Source: Candidatus Latescibacterota bacterium
GTDB taxonomy: Bacteria > Latescibacterota > UBA2968
Reading direction: 5' to 3'
Assembly (NCBI GenBank): GCA_965222605.1
Contig: OZ244960.1
Span: forward strand, 2,016,001 to 2,080,000
DNA length: 64,000 nucleotides
Position numbers and translations under genes: made by a program
Part shown: positions 31,129-41,228 of the stretch, piece after piece
How positions within the stretch are numbered: position 1 is the stretch's first letter
How the letters are laid out: every line of letters starts with the position of its first letter
The notes under the pieces: model-generated
What the model was told of the DNA's origin: nothing
What the model saw: only the letters and a program-made list of their open reading frames with translations
Databases searched by the model: none

Positions 31129-33618
31129 ATGTTCAAAAACTATCTCGTCATCACGATTCGCCATTTGCTCAAATACAAAATGTACTCAGCGATCAATATT
31201 GTTGGGCTGGGTATTGGCATAGGGTGTGTCATATTGATCGGTCTATTTGTGCAAAACGAGTTGGCCGTTAACACACAACATCCACATACTGATCGCTTAT
31301 ATCGGGTCATTGGTGAGTTTCGATCAGAAAATGGTCAGAAAACATACGACTGGCGCATTTCGGGTGCAGTAGGCCCCACTCTGGCACGCGATTTTCCCGA
31401 AGTTGAAATCTCCACACGAACAATGCTTCGCCAAGCCTGGGTGCAGCATAAAGAGAAAGTCTTGAATCGGGTATTTTGTCTCGCCGACCCGAATTGCCTG
31501 GATATGTTTAACTTTCCAATGATACAGGGTGACAAGTCCGCTCTTTTACAGCATAATTCTGTTTTTATCACCGAATCTATGGCACGCGATTACTTTGGCG
31601 ATCAAGATCCCATCGGCAAAGTGGTTACTGTCGAAGGGGCCTATATCGGGGGCGATTATACTGTCGCGGGTGTGCTTAAAGATTTGCCCAGGCGATCTTC
31701 GATTCGTTTTGACATGCTTTCAGTCTCTGTCTGGCCTGCTTTTCTTTTTCAATACTGGAATGCCTATTTGCCAACAGCACATTGGCGAGGCGGAATCACG
31801 GTCCACGTACGGTTAAAAGAAAACACGGCAGTTGAAAAATTGGCTTTAAAAATACCCGCGATGGTAGAACAGTATATGGGACCGGAAATGGTAGCACGCA
31901 CGACGTATCACTTCCAGCCCATGGATGAAGTGCATTTGTACTCGCGACGCGATTATGGACTTCAGGACGTATTCGACATTCAAGGGCCAGTGATATATGG
32001 CAATATTGCACATGTCTATGCTGTATCTGCTACAGCCATTCTCATTTTTTTAATTGCGGGCATCAACTTCATCAATTTGACTACAGCCCGATCAGCTAAC
32101 CGGGCACGTGAGGTGGGATTGCGAAAAGTGGTCGGCGCACAGCGGGGACAACTCGCTTTGCAATTTCTGATTGAGTCAGTGATTTTCTCTGCATTGAGTT
32201 TGATTGTGGGTTTAGTTATTGCTTCTAATTGCTTACCACATTTCAACGATTATACGGGCAATTTTTTGACATTGGATATCACGAGCAATATGGTGCTCGC
32301 TCTGGTTGGATTGTCATTGATGACAGGACTTCTTACGGGGCTTTACCCAGCATTTTTTTTATCGCGGTTTCGGCCTGTTGAAGTGCTCAAGGGCACACTC
32401 GCAGCAGGTGCTCGCGGTGGGTTATTGCGCAAAGTACTGGTGGTTTTTCAGTTTAGCACATCTATTGCGCTGATTGTGATCACATTGGTTGTGTTTAATC
32501 AAATGTCGTATATCCAGAATAAAGACCTGGGATTTGACAAAGAGTATGTTATTGAGTCTCGTCTTTTGTGGGAATCTCGCAACTCTCGTTTGCGTGAAGA
32601 TCGCTTGTGGGAGCGGTACAATGTTGTCAAAGATGCGTTTTTGCAGCATCCCAATATTACGGCTGCAACGATTTCGCGTTCTTCACACGGACGCACTGCG
32701 CCACAAGCGACTTTTAGTGCTTATGAACCGGGCAAAGAAGAATTGCGTATAGGCAGGAATGAAGTGGATGAAGATTTCCTGAGTTTTTTCAATATTGAAC
32801 TTGTTGCGGGCCGAGACTTTTCAGAAGACGCAGCGAAAAGGTATGATTCGGAATCGTTTGTGCCCCGAGATCAGTTGGATCAACTAAAAGTTCACGGTCA
32901 GGCAGAATACATTCTCAATGAAACCGCTGTTAAAATGTTGGGTTGGACAGACCCCATTGGCAAACCATTTGGTGTGAAGGGGCGAAGACCAGGGCGTGTT
33001 GTAGGCGTGGTTAAAGATTTTCACTCGCGCACATTGCACGAGCCACTGGGCCCCATGGTTTTATATGCGAATAACGCGGTACCCAAGACACTTTACCTGA
33101 AGATAAGCCCTCAAAATCTCGATGAAACCATTGCACACATGGAAAAGGTATGGAAACATTTTTTGCCGATTCGCCCTTTTGCTTACACGTTTATGGATGA
33201 CAATCTGAATCAGCGCTATACACAAGAGCGACAGTTGAGCCACACAGTGAGCGTCTTTGCTGCTCTGGCTATTTTTGTTGCGTGTCTGGGGCTATTGGGG
33301 CTGGTTTCATTTTTGACCGAACTGCGCAAAAAGGAAGTAGGCATTCGGAAGGTGTTGGGTGCATCTGCAGGTCTTGTCGTAGGACTGTTTTTAAAAGAGT
33401 TTATTCGTTTGGTAATCGTGTCATGTTTATTGGCATGGCCGATTGCCTATTGGGCAACCAATGAATGGTTACAGAATTTTGCCTATCGCATTGAGACTTC
33501 GGTACTGCCGTTTTTAATTGGTGGTGCGTTTATGGTTTGCTTGACAACAATAACAGTAGCGTATAAGGTGATCAAAACAGCCCAGGCAAATCCAATAGAA
33601 GTCTTGCGGCATGAATGA
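31129..33618 (+). CDS. ABC permease, duplicated MacB_PCD/FtsX (#6; closest to #2)
   Basis: MFKNYL; YDWRISGAVGP and FCLADPN shared with #2; NPIEVLRHE. Confidence 0.93.
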   Translation: MFKNYLVITIRHLLKYKMYSAINIVGLGIGIGCVILIGLFVQNELAVNTQHPHTDRLYRVIGEFRSENGQKTYDWRISGAVGPTLARDFPEVEISTRTMLRQAWVQHKEKVLNRVFCLADPNCLDMFNFPMIQGDKSALLQHNSVFITESMARDYFGDQDPIGKVVTVEGAYIGGDYTVAGVLKDLPRRSSIRFDMLSVSVWPAFLFQYWNAYLPTAHWRGGITVHVRLKENTAVEKLALKIPAMVEQYMGPEMVARTTYHFQPMDEVHLYSRRDYGLQDVFDIQGPVIYGNIAHVYAVSATAILIFLIAGINFINLTTARSANRAREVGLRKVVGAQRGQLALQFLIESVIFSALSLIVGLVIASNCLPHFNDYTGNFLTLDITSNMVLALVGLSLMTGLLTGLYPAFFLSRFRPVEVLKGTLAAGARGGLLRKVLVVFQFSTSIALIVITLVVFNQMSYIQNKDLGFDKEYVIESRLLWESRNSRLREDRLWERYNVVKDAFLQHPNITAATISRSSHGRTAPQATFSAYEPGKEELRIGRNEVDEDFLSFFNIELVAGRDFSEDAAKRYDSESFVPRDQLDQLKVHGQAEYILNETAVKMLGWTDPIGKPFGVKGRRPGRVVGVVKDFHSRTLHEPLGPMVLYANNAVPKTLYLKISPQNLDETIAHMEKVWKHFLPIRPFAYTFMDDNLNQRYTQERQLSHTVSVFAALAIFVACLGLLGLVSFLTELRKKEVGIRKVLGASAGLVVGLFLKEFIRLVIVSCLLAWPIAYWATNEWLQNFAYRIETSVLPFLIGGAFMVCLTTITVAYKVIKTAQANPIEVLRHE

Positions 33619-33622
33619 TTAA

Positions 33623-33784
33623 ATGGGATTTAACGAATATTTTGTTTCAATGAAAAAGGAACTGAAACAAGAGTAACTCACAAGCCACGCCTATCTTCTG
33701 TGAAATACAGCATTCTTTACTGATGAGAGGAAAAACAAACATGTGGACGCCGGTTGAGACTCAATTGATTTGTCAACTAAAACG
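33623..33784 (+). repeat. Collapsed copy of the GNAT tail / MWTPVET start / post-C45 trailer block
   Basis: Matches 39620-39764, then jumps to GATTTGTCAAC.AAAACG as at 28581. Confidence 0.88.
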
Positions 33785-33819
33785 AGGTAACTCCATCACA
33801 TCACTCTGGTTGTTTTATT

Positions 33820-36216
33820 TTATTCGTACCGAAGCGCATCCACAGGGTTTGAACGCGCAGCTTTCAAAACGTGATAGCTCACCGTTAAAAGGGTAAGAAA
33901 GAGAGTCAGAAAGCCACTAATAGCGAACGCCCAAATTGGAAAAGATATATGGTATGCAAAATCGTTTAACCATTGCCCCACAGCATAATAGGCAATTGGC
34001 CATACACAGAGATTAGCCACCACAACCAACTTTATATACCCTCTAAAAAATAAAAAAACAACGTTCCAAATTGATGCTCCAAGAACTCTACGGATCCCTA
34101 TCTCTTTTATGCGTTTGTTCATAGCTAAAGCTGCAAGGCTAAAAATTCCAATACAGGCAATAAATATTGAAAATATAGAACCTGATCTACTTATCCTTTC
34201 CCAGCGTTCTTCCGCTCGATATTGGTTACCCAGGTCCTCGTCAAGAAAAGAGAATTGAAACAGAAGATGCGGATTTAATTCTGTCCACTTTTTTTTTAAT
34301 AGATTCAAAGTATGTTGAACTTCTACAGGACTTATCCGCACATAAATATATTGGTATCTGTCGGGACGATCCAACTCGAACACAGCAGGCTCAATCTGAT
34401 GGTGTAGAGATCGAGAATGGAAGTCTTTGACAACACCCACAATTTGTCTATTTCTAAATTCTGGAAGCATTTTGCCTATGGGCGATGTCCATCCAAACTC
34501 TCTAACCAATGCCTCGTTTACAATAATACTGCCATGCAAATCTGAATTCGAATCCTGGATAAATCCTCTTCCTTCACTTAATTTTATCCCAAGCGTTTCA
34601 ATAAAATTGGGAGCAACATCGAAAAATTGAACCTCAATCACAGAACCCTTGCACTTAACGCTCGTCGTCCAAATCAATCCCCCAAAGTGTACAAAAGATG
34701 CCGTAATACCCAGGACACTGGGATAACGGGATAATTCAGATTTATAAACTGTATAAAGATCTGACCTTTGCTCCTTATCTGGTTGGGATGCATCAATGAC
34801 TACGACTTGTTCGTCTTGAAAACCTCGATCTTTTGTTTTCAAATAATCTATCTGTTTAAAGGTGACAATCGCAAAAATGATTAGAAAAATTGATACCGAA
34901 AATTGAGTGGCTATCAGAGCTTTACTGAAAAAATTAGAGCCGCCAAGTTTTAAATTCCCTTTGAGCGTGTTAATTGGAGAATAGCCAGACAAAACGATCG
35001 AAGGGTAACTGCCGGCAATGATTCCAACAAGAATAGATAGCACAACGAGAGCAACAATCACTTCACTGCCATAGTCTAAGACCAGCTCTTTATTGGCGAC
35101 ACTGTTAAAAAGAGGTAGAGCAAGTTCCGCGAATGCGATTCCGACAAATAGCCCAATAAGACTTAATAACAGTGCCTCGCCCCAAAATTGTTGCATAAGT
35201 TGCAATCTCTCTGCTCCTACAATCTTACGTACACCTATTTCTTTAATACGAGTAGAGGCTAAAGCCATAGAAATATTGGCAAAATTGATACAGGCAACCA
35301 ATAGAACACCAAGAGCGATTCCAAGAACTACAAATGAGAATATTCTGTCTCCTATTGGCAATAATCCGCCAAGGATATCTGCATTCAAGTGAACATCGTA
35401 AAGAGGCTGTAAATCCAATTGAAGCGCATCATCGCTTAAAGCCAGCGCATCGTATTCTTGGTATTTTTGAATAGTTGATTGATAGTATTTTTGTATGAAC
35501 TCGGGAAATTTTGGGATGAGTTTCAAAGCATCGGCATTTTCCGATAGCAGTACATATGATATGACTCTGGAACTTCCCCATAGGTCAGCATACCTCTCAT
35601 AATTTGGTTGCATTTCAAATGGCAAAAGAAAATCAAATTTTAAGCTCGAATTCTCAGGTGTCTCCGATACGACACCTTTTATTACAAAATCGATATACTC
35701 TGCGTTTATCCTCACAGCGAGCGTCTTATCAATCGGATTTTCTCGATCAAAATACTTATGAGCCATCCTTTGACTGATTACTATTGATGCTCTATTATGG
35801 AGGGCTGTTTTGTCTCCATCCAAAAGGGGAAATGAAAAAACTTCAAAAACATCAGGACCTGCAAAGAGCATATTTTCGACAAACATTTTGTCTTTATATT
35901 TTACAACACATTTTTTTTCTCTAAATCTCACGACTTTTTCTATTTCGAGAAAATCGCGCTTTAATGCAGCAGCCAAGGGCGTTGGAACGCGTGCAGAATT
36001 TCTTATCTCTCCATTAGGGTTCTTTCTGATCTCATAGATACGATAAATTCGATCCAGATTCTCGTGGAATGTATCGTATGTCCACTCGTTGTGAATGTAA
36101 CGAAGGGTCAAAATGCAAAAGGCAATCCCTATGGCCAGGCCGAGGATATTAGTGAAGGAATAGACTTTTTGTCTCCAAAGATGACGAAGTGCAACTACCA
36201 GATAATTCTTGAGCAT
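33820..36216 (-). CDS. ABC permease, duplicated MacB_PCD/FtsX (#7, inverted)
   Basis: GGGAG RBS and MLKNYL; VACINFANI, RIKEIGVRK, SNPVDALRYE. Confidence 0.93.
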   Translation of the reverse strand: MLKNYLVVALRHLWRQKVYSFTNILGLAIGIAFCILTLRYIHNEWTYDTFHENLDRIYRIYEIRKNPNGEIRNSARVPTPLAAALKRDFLEIEKVVRFREKKCVVKYKDKMFVENMLFAGPDVFEVFSFPLLDGDKTALHNRASIVISQRMAHKYFDRENPIDKTLAVRINAEYIDFVIKGVVSETPENSSLKFDFLLPFEMQPNYERYADLWGSSRVISYVLLSENADALKLIPKFPEFIQKYYQSTIQKYQEYDALALSDDALQLDLQPLYDVHLNADILGGLLPIGDRIFSFVVLGIALGVLLVACINFANISMALASTRIKEIGVRKIVGAERLQLMQQFWGEALLLSLIGLFVGIAFAELALPLFNSVANKELVLDYGSEVIVALVVLSILVGIIAGSYPSIVLSGYSPINTLKGNLKLGGSNFFSKALIATQFSVSIFLIIFAIVTFKQIDYLKTKDRGFQDEQVVVIDASQPDKEQRSDLYTVYKSELSRYPSVLGITASFVHFGGLIWTTSVKCKGSVIEVQFFDVAPNFIETLGIKLSEGRGFIQDSNSDLHGSIIVNEALVREFGWTSPIGKMLPEFRNRQIVGVVKDFHSRSLHHQIEPAVFELDRPDRYQYIYVRISPVEVQHTLNLLKKKWTELNPHLLFQFSFLDEDLGNQYRAEERWERISRSGSIFSIFIACIGIFSLAALAMNKRIKEIGIRRVLGASIWNVVFLFFRGYIKLVVVANLCVWPIAYYAVGQWLNDFAYHISFPIWAFAISGFLTLFLTLLTVSYHVLKAARSNPVDALRYE

Positions 36217-36308
36217 AATCAACTCCCTATATGTATCAGTAATATCTACAATAAAGACACTCACAGAATGCTAAAAGTGTCGGTTTGTACCTCGATATAG
36301 TAAATTTT

Positions 36309-36339
36309 AAAAGGACCGGACGACCCGGTCCCTTTTTTT
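36309..36339 (+). terminator. Intrinsic terminator-like hairpin
   Basis: AAAAGGACCGG-ACGAC-CCGGTCCCTTTTTTT. Confidence 0.6.
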
Positions 36340-36386
36340 AAAACCGTGTAATTTCTGTACTCACCCACAACTTTTGAATGCTCCTA

Positions 36387-36506
36387 AGTGTTCATTTTCG
36401 GACACCACTGTATCAAAATCGGACACTTTTTAAGACGTCAATTTCAGGTAATTTTCGTAACCTGTTGTTATATCAACATTTGACTTTTTTGGCATAATTT
36501 TTGCTC
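36387..36506 (+). promoter_or_regulatory. Sigma-54 promoter module copy 2
   Basis: Identical 49-bp UAS core; TGGCATAATTTTTGC (GG at 36491). Confidence 0.85.
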
Positions 36507-36521
36507 AATATTTGTTTAAGA

Positions 36522-36581
36522 TGGGAACTGGTCTCATATTGCGTGGATGTGGCACTAAGGGCTTTCCAGTGATCTGTCAAC
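36522..36581 (+). repeat. Remnant of the C45 gene 3' end and trailer
   Basis: TGGGAACTGGTCTCATATTGCGTGG...TGGCACTAAG...GATCTGTCAAC matches 28532-28591. Confidence 0.88.
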
Positions 36582-36593
36582 GGAGGTCTCTCC

Positions 36594-38981
36594 ATGTGGA
36601 AAAATTATCTCACCATAATCATTCGAAACATTCGCAATCACAAACTTTATTCATTGATTAACATAGTAGGATTAGCGGTGGGTCTGACGAGTTGTGGCCT
36701 AATCCTCCTATGGATACAGCATGAGACAAAATATGATCAACACCATCTCAACGGCGACCACATTTACAGGGTATTGAGACAGGTTAAAAATAAAACGTCT
36801 GGGGATTCCTACTTCAATTATGGCACCCTGGGACCTGTAGGCCCTGCTCTAAAAGCCGACTTTCCTGAAATCGAAGCGATGACCCGAATATTTACCCGTA
36901 ATGCGTGGATTCGGTACAAAGATAAGGGATTCCAAGAGAACTTCTGTGTTGCCGATGGTAGTTTTTTCGATGTATTCACATTTCCTTTACTAAAGGGCGA
37001 TCATCAGGCACTACTGAAACATCCTGCTTCTGTGGTTATTACGGAAACGGTTGCACGAAAGTATTTTGGTAATGAAAATCCTGTCGGCAAGGTTGTTACT
37101 GTAGAAAGTCGTTATACGGGGGGTGATTATGAAATTGTAGGCATCTTGAAAGATTTGCCGAGTCAATCAACACTCCAATTCGACATACTGACGTTTACTA
37201 TTCCTTCTTTACCACTGATGCATGCGGTTTGGGAAAGATGGCGTAAATCTTCTTTTCGTCCTGTCCAAACTTATCTATTGCTTTCTGAAGGCACTTCCTC
37301 TGCTGATTTAGAGCGTAAACTACCGGACTTTACCACCCGCTACTTTGATCTTGAAACGCGTGCGAACACAACGTATCACCTGCAACCTTTTCGCCGGATC
37401 TATCTCTACTCACGTTCAGACTACGGTATAGCAGGTGGTGGAGACATTACATATATCTATTTATTTTCTGCGATCGGTACTCTGATTCTTCTGATCGCTT
37501 GTGCGAACTTTATGAATTTGGCAACAGCGCGTTCAGCCAAAAGAGCAAGAGAAGTGGGCATTCGCAAGACCGTCGGCGCACACAAACTTCAATTAATCAA
37601 CCAATTCTTCAGTGAATCGCTATTCATATCACTCCTGTCTTTGCTATTTTCAATTTCACTGATTGAGCTTGTCCTGCCAACATTCGAACAATTTGTGGGC
37701 ATAGACTTGCGTTTTGGCGTCTCTGATCTCTTCTTAATGATCGCTCTTACCGTACTGATGGGATTACTCGCAGGAAGCTATCCCGCTTTCTTTTTGTCGA
37801 GTTTTCAACCTGTACAGGTATTAAGCGGCAAGCACTCAAACGCCTTAAAAGGTGTTCGCATACGAGAGGTCCTGATCGTCTTTCAGTTCTGTGTGTCTAT
37901 CGCCCTCATAATTTGCACTGGTGTAGTCTATCAGCAACTGAATTACATAAAAAATAAAAAACTTGGCTTCAACAAAGAGATGGTGGTCATGATGCCGCTA
38001 TTTGCAACAGACCGCTCCCTCACAAGTAAGTATAAATTGATCAAACAGGAATTTCTCAAACATCCCAATATTCACCGTGCAACCGCATCTCAAATCACAC
38101 TCTGGTATGACGGAGGACGTGAGCTTGTCATTCCAGAAGGAATGGATGGCGAAGAGGTCAGAATGAGGCATCTGGTAGTAGATGAAGACTTTTTGGACAC
38201 ATTCGAAATCGATGTGATAGCCGGAAGAAATCTGAATAAAGATATTGCAAGCGACTCTTTCGAAGCATTTATTCTCAACGAGACGGCTGTTAAACAACTC
38301 GGATGGAAAGATCCTGTTGGAAAGCAATTTACCTGGCCTCTTAATAATCGTCGCGGAACAGTAATCGGGGTCGTGCGCGATTTTCATCTGCTGTCTCTCC
38401 ACGAAGAAATAGAGCCAATTTTCATTTGCAAGTGGCAGACACAATGGAATTGGCTATCAGTCAAAATTGGACGAGAGAACATATCATCAACAATAGATTT
38501 CATGGAGTCAAAGTGGAAGCAATTCATTCCAAACCGGCCTTTTGACAGCTCATTTCTAAGCGAAAATCTTGAAAGATCTTATCTAAAGGAAATCGAGATC
38601 TTCAGTGTCCTCGAAATCTTCACGCTTCTCGCTTTTTTTGTCGCTTGTATGGGATTATTTGGCCTTGCAAATTTCAGTGTCGAACAAAGAATCAAAGAAA
38701 TTGGCATCCGCAAAGTACTGGGTGCAAACCTTGTAGATATTTTTACATTACTTTCAAAAGAATTCCTGAAGTTAATCGCAGTTGCTTATGTCTTGGCTCT
38801 TCCCCTCGCCTATTATGCCGGGGAAGAATGGCTACAAAATTTTGCATACCGAATAAATCAGAGCATCCTTGTTTTTATTATAGGAGCAGTCTCGGGCATC
38901 ATTGTCACCCTATCAATCGTAGGCTATCAGGCTGGCAAAGCCTGGTCTGAAGACCCGGTTAAAATGCTCCGGCAAGAATAA
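36594..38981 (+). CDS. ABC permease, duplicated MacB_PCD/FtsX (#8)
   Basis: GGAGG RBS; IACANFMNL, RAREVGIRK, RIKEIGIRKVLGA. Confidence 0.93.
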   Translation: MWKNYLTIIIRNIRNHKLYSLINIVGLAVGLTSCGLILLWIQHETKYDQHHLNGDHIYRVLRQVKNKTSGDSYFNYGTLGPVGPALKADFPEIEAMTRIFTRNAWIRYKDKGFQENFCVADGSFFDVFTFPLLKGDHQALLKHPASVVITETVARKYFGNENPVGKVVTVESRYTGGDYEIVGILKDLPSQSTLQFDILTFTIPSLPLMHAVWERWRKSSFRPVQTYLLLSEGTSSADLERKLPDFTTRYFDLETRANTTYHLQPFRRIYLYSRSDYGIAGGGDITYIYLFSAIGTLILLIACANFMNLATARSAKRAREVGIRKTVGAHKLQLINQFFSESLFISLLSLLFSISLIELVLPTFEQFVGIDLRFGVSDLFLMIALTVLMGLLAGSYPAFFLSSFQPVQVLSGKHSNALKGVRIREVLIVFQFCVSIALIICTGVVYQQLNYIKNKKLGFNKEMVVMMPLFATDRSLTSKYKLIKQEFLKHPNIHRATASQITLWYDGGRELVIPEGMDGEEVRMRHLVVDEDFLDTFEIDVIAGRNLNKDIASDSFEAFILNETAVKQLGWKDPVGKQFTWPLNNRRGTVIGVVRDFHLLSLHEEIEPIFICKWQTQWNWLSVKIGRENISSTIDFMESKWKQFIPNRPFDSSFLSENLERSYLKEIEIFSVLEIFTLLAFFVACMGLFGLANFSVEQRIKEIGIRKVLGANLVDIFTLLSKEFLKLIAVAYVLALPLAYYAGEEWLQNFAYRINQSILVFIIGAVSGIIVTLSIVGYQAGKAWSEDPVKMLRQE

Positions 38982-39019
38982 ACGACTCCCCACAACATTA
39001 TTCTATTCGATGATCTCAA

Positions 39020-39673
39020 ATGTCTCTCGTTAAAAATCAGGATATTCGCATCTTTTATGAAGTTGTAGGGCAAGGGCAACCTCTCGTTCTATTGCATGGA
39101 TTTGCTGGCAATTCAAAAGACTGGAAAAGAAACGGTTATGTTGAAAAATTAAGCGATGATTACCAGCTCATTCTCATTGATGAAAGAGGACATGGCCTAA
39201 GCGATAAGCCGCATGATCCGGCAGCCTATGAAATAGAAAAGAGAGCTTCTGATCCTCAGTTGGCCAGAATGAATAGCTGTCTCGTGGATGATCAGGGTAG
39301 CGAGAATCCGTTTTCATTGACAGAATATGAGGACCGGTTTCGCGAGTGGTTAAATACCAATATATGGACGGTAGATGTATTTCTACATGATGGACAGATA
39401 ATAGGCTATTCTGTCTATCAAGAGCGTACTGACTACTATGATCCAAATGAGACGGTAATTTATATCCGACAGTATTACATTAAACGCTCTCATCGTCGGC
39501 TTGGCCTGGGTAAAGCGGCCTTCCAGATTTTGATAGACACGCGTTTTCCAAAGGGCGTTCAATCCATAGCTCTCCATGTCATGGCAACTAACTCAGTAGG
39601 CCAGAATTTTTGGAGAAAGATGGGCTTTAACGAATATTTTATTTTGATAAAAAAGGAACTGAAACAAGAGTAA
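39020..39673 (+). pseudogene. In-frame deletion chimera: alpha/beta-hydrolase N-terminus + GNAT
   Basis: LVLLHGF...DERGHGLSDKP without GxSxG, joined near 39250 to a GNAT (HRRLGLGK, FWRKMGF). Confidence 0.75.
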
Positions 39674-39738
39674 CTCACAAGCCGCGCCTATATTCCGTGA
39701 AATACTGCATTCTTTACTGATGAAAGGAAAAAACAAAC

Positions 39739-40326
39739 ATGTGGACGCCGGTTGAGACTCAATTTGACGCCAAACAGAAGCCCATTGGCATAATATGCAT
39801 CGGAGACTTTCAGGAAGCTCATACAATCCGAACGTTTGCTGAAGAACTAAACCTGGCAGTCAGATTCTATAAAATCGGAACACCGGGCGATTTTTTGAAG
39901 GTCATCAGTCAAGAATCTGAATTGCCTCCCTGCATCATTATCTGCGGTCACGGAGATGAGAATGGGATTGTCTTTGGCGACTATATGGAGGGCATTGATA
40001 CATCAATACTAAAGGACGAGAGCATGCCTCCAGAGTGTATTGAAGAACATGCAAATCTAACTGATCGAATTTTTGTGAATACGTGTTGTGTAGGCGGGAC
40101 AGACGCAATGGCAAGCGCATTTTTGAAGAGTAATCCGAGATGCTACATTGGATCTTTGGATTATCAAAATGCCGTGTCAACGTCCATCTTCTTGACATTA
40201 TTTCTGGATCAGTTATTGCGGAAAAATAAGCCAGTGCAGGAAGCGTGGAATCGGGCAGCCTCTTATGATGGTGAAACACGTCACTTTGCTTTTTATGATT
40301 CCAATGGACGTCAAAAAATCGAATAG
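39739..40326 (+). CDS. Hypothetical protein with caspase/CHAT-like His-Cys pattern
   Basis: IIICGHGD and IFVNTCC motifs. Confidence 0.65.
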   Translation: MWTPVETQFDAKQKPIGIICIGDFQEAHTIRTFAEELNLAVRFYKIGTPGDFLKVISQESELPPCIIICGHGDENGIVFGDYMEGIDTSILKDESMPPECIEEHANLTDRIFVNTCCVGGTDAMASAFLKSNPRCYIGSLDYQNAVSTSIFLTLFLDQLLRKNKPVQEAWNRAASYDGETRHFAFYDSNGRQKIE

Positions 40327-40350
40327 GTCTCATATTGCGTGGCCCTGGCA

Positions 40351-41043
40351 CTAAGGAATTTCTAATATTGCGGGTAGGTCAGTCAATGAACTGATTTCGT
40401 AATCAGCTTTAATCCCAGTGTCATTTGTCAGACCTTCGCGATTTAGCCAAACCGTATGCGCTCCGGATGCACCCGCCCCTGCAACATCTTGTTCCAGGGA
40501 ATCTCCGACGTGTAATAACTGCTCCAGCGAGCAATACGCCCTTTGTGCAGCGATCTGAAAAATTCTTCGATCAGGCTTCGCAACACGCACATCCTGAGCA
40601 AGGACAACAAAGTCAAAACGTCTTGCAAGTCCACAGCGTTCCGGGTAACTATTCCCGTTTGATAAAAGTCCGATCTTGAAATGAGGGGCCAAAATATCAA
40701 GCGCAGGTACAACATCCTTATACAACTCAATATCTTCGAAACGATGCTTTAGATAGATTTTATTGAGATGCATGGCCAGGTCACTGTCCGGATATCCAAC
40801 ATATTCAAGCGTTCTCTCAAATGCCAGCCGTCTGATTTCCTCGAGATTCCAGACCTCGCCTTTCACCTCCTCAGCAAGCCGATTGCGAATCACAATCATA
40901 TCCTCAACAGTAAGGTCTAAAGCGCGTTGGGTCGAAACATGCCTGCACAATTCCCTCAATGTATGCGTTAACGAATGTCGCATGACCTTATAAAAGTCCC
41001 ACAAGGTCATATCACCATCAAAAGAAATCGCTGAAATTCGCAA
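40351..41043 (-). CDS. HAD-family hydrolase (inverted)
   Basis: GGAGGAG RBS and TTG start; FDGDMTL, LSNG, KPD, VGDS...DV. Confidence 0.9.
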   Translation of the reverse strand: MRISAISFDGDMTLWDFYKVMRHSLTHTLRELCRHVSTQRALDLTVEDMIVIRNRLAEEVKGEVWNLEEIRRLAFERTLEYVGYPDSDLAMHLNKIYLKHRFEDIELYKDVVPALDILAPHFKIGLLSNGNSYPERCGLARRFDFVVLAQDVRVAKPDRRIFQIAAQRAYCSLEQLLHVGDSLEQDVAGAGASGAHTVWLNREGLTNDTGIKADYEISSLTDLPAILEIP

Positions 41044-41057
41044 GATCTCCTCCTCTC

Positions 41058-41177
41058 AGTGTTCATTTTCGGACACCACTGTATCAAAATCGGACACTTT
41101 TTAAGATGCCAATTTCGGGTGATTTTTCGTAACCTGTTGTTATATCAATATTTGGCTTTTTGGCACAGTTTTTGCAG
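41058..41177 (+). promoter_or_regulatory. Sigma-54 promoter module copy 3
   Basis: Identical 49-bp UAS core; TGGCACAGTTTTTGCA (GG at 41162). Confidence 0.88.
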
Positions 41178-41228
41178 TAAAAATGAGGACTCCTGATACT
41201 ACTGTAATTGCCTATATGGAAAATAGAA

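Noticed and set aside
2813-41177. CRISPR array or IS ends as explanation for the 49-bp repeat
   Set aside because: Copies are kilobases apart with no spacer periodicity or TSD, and each leads to a -24/-12 motif.
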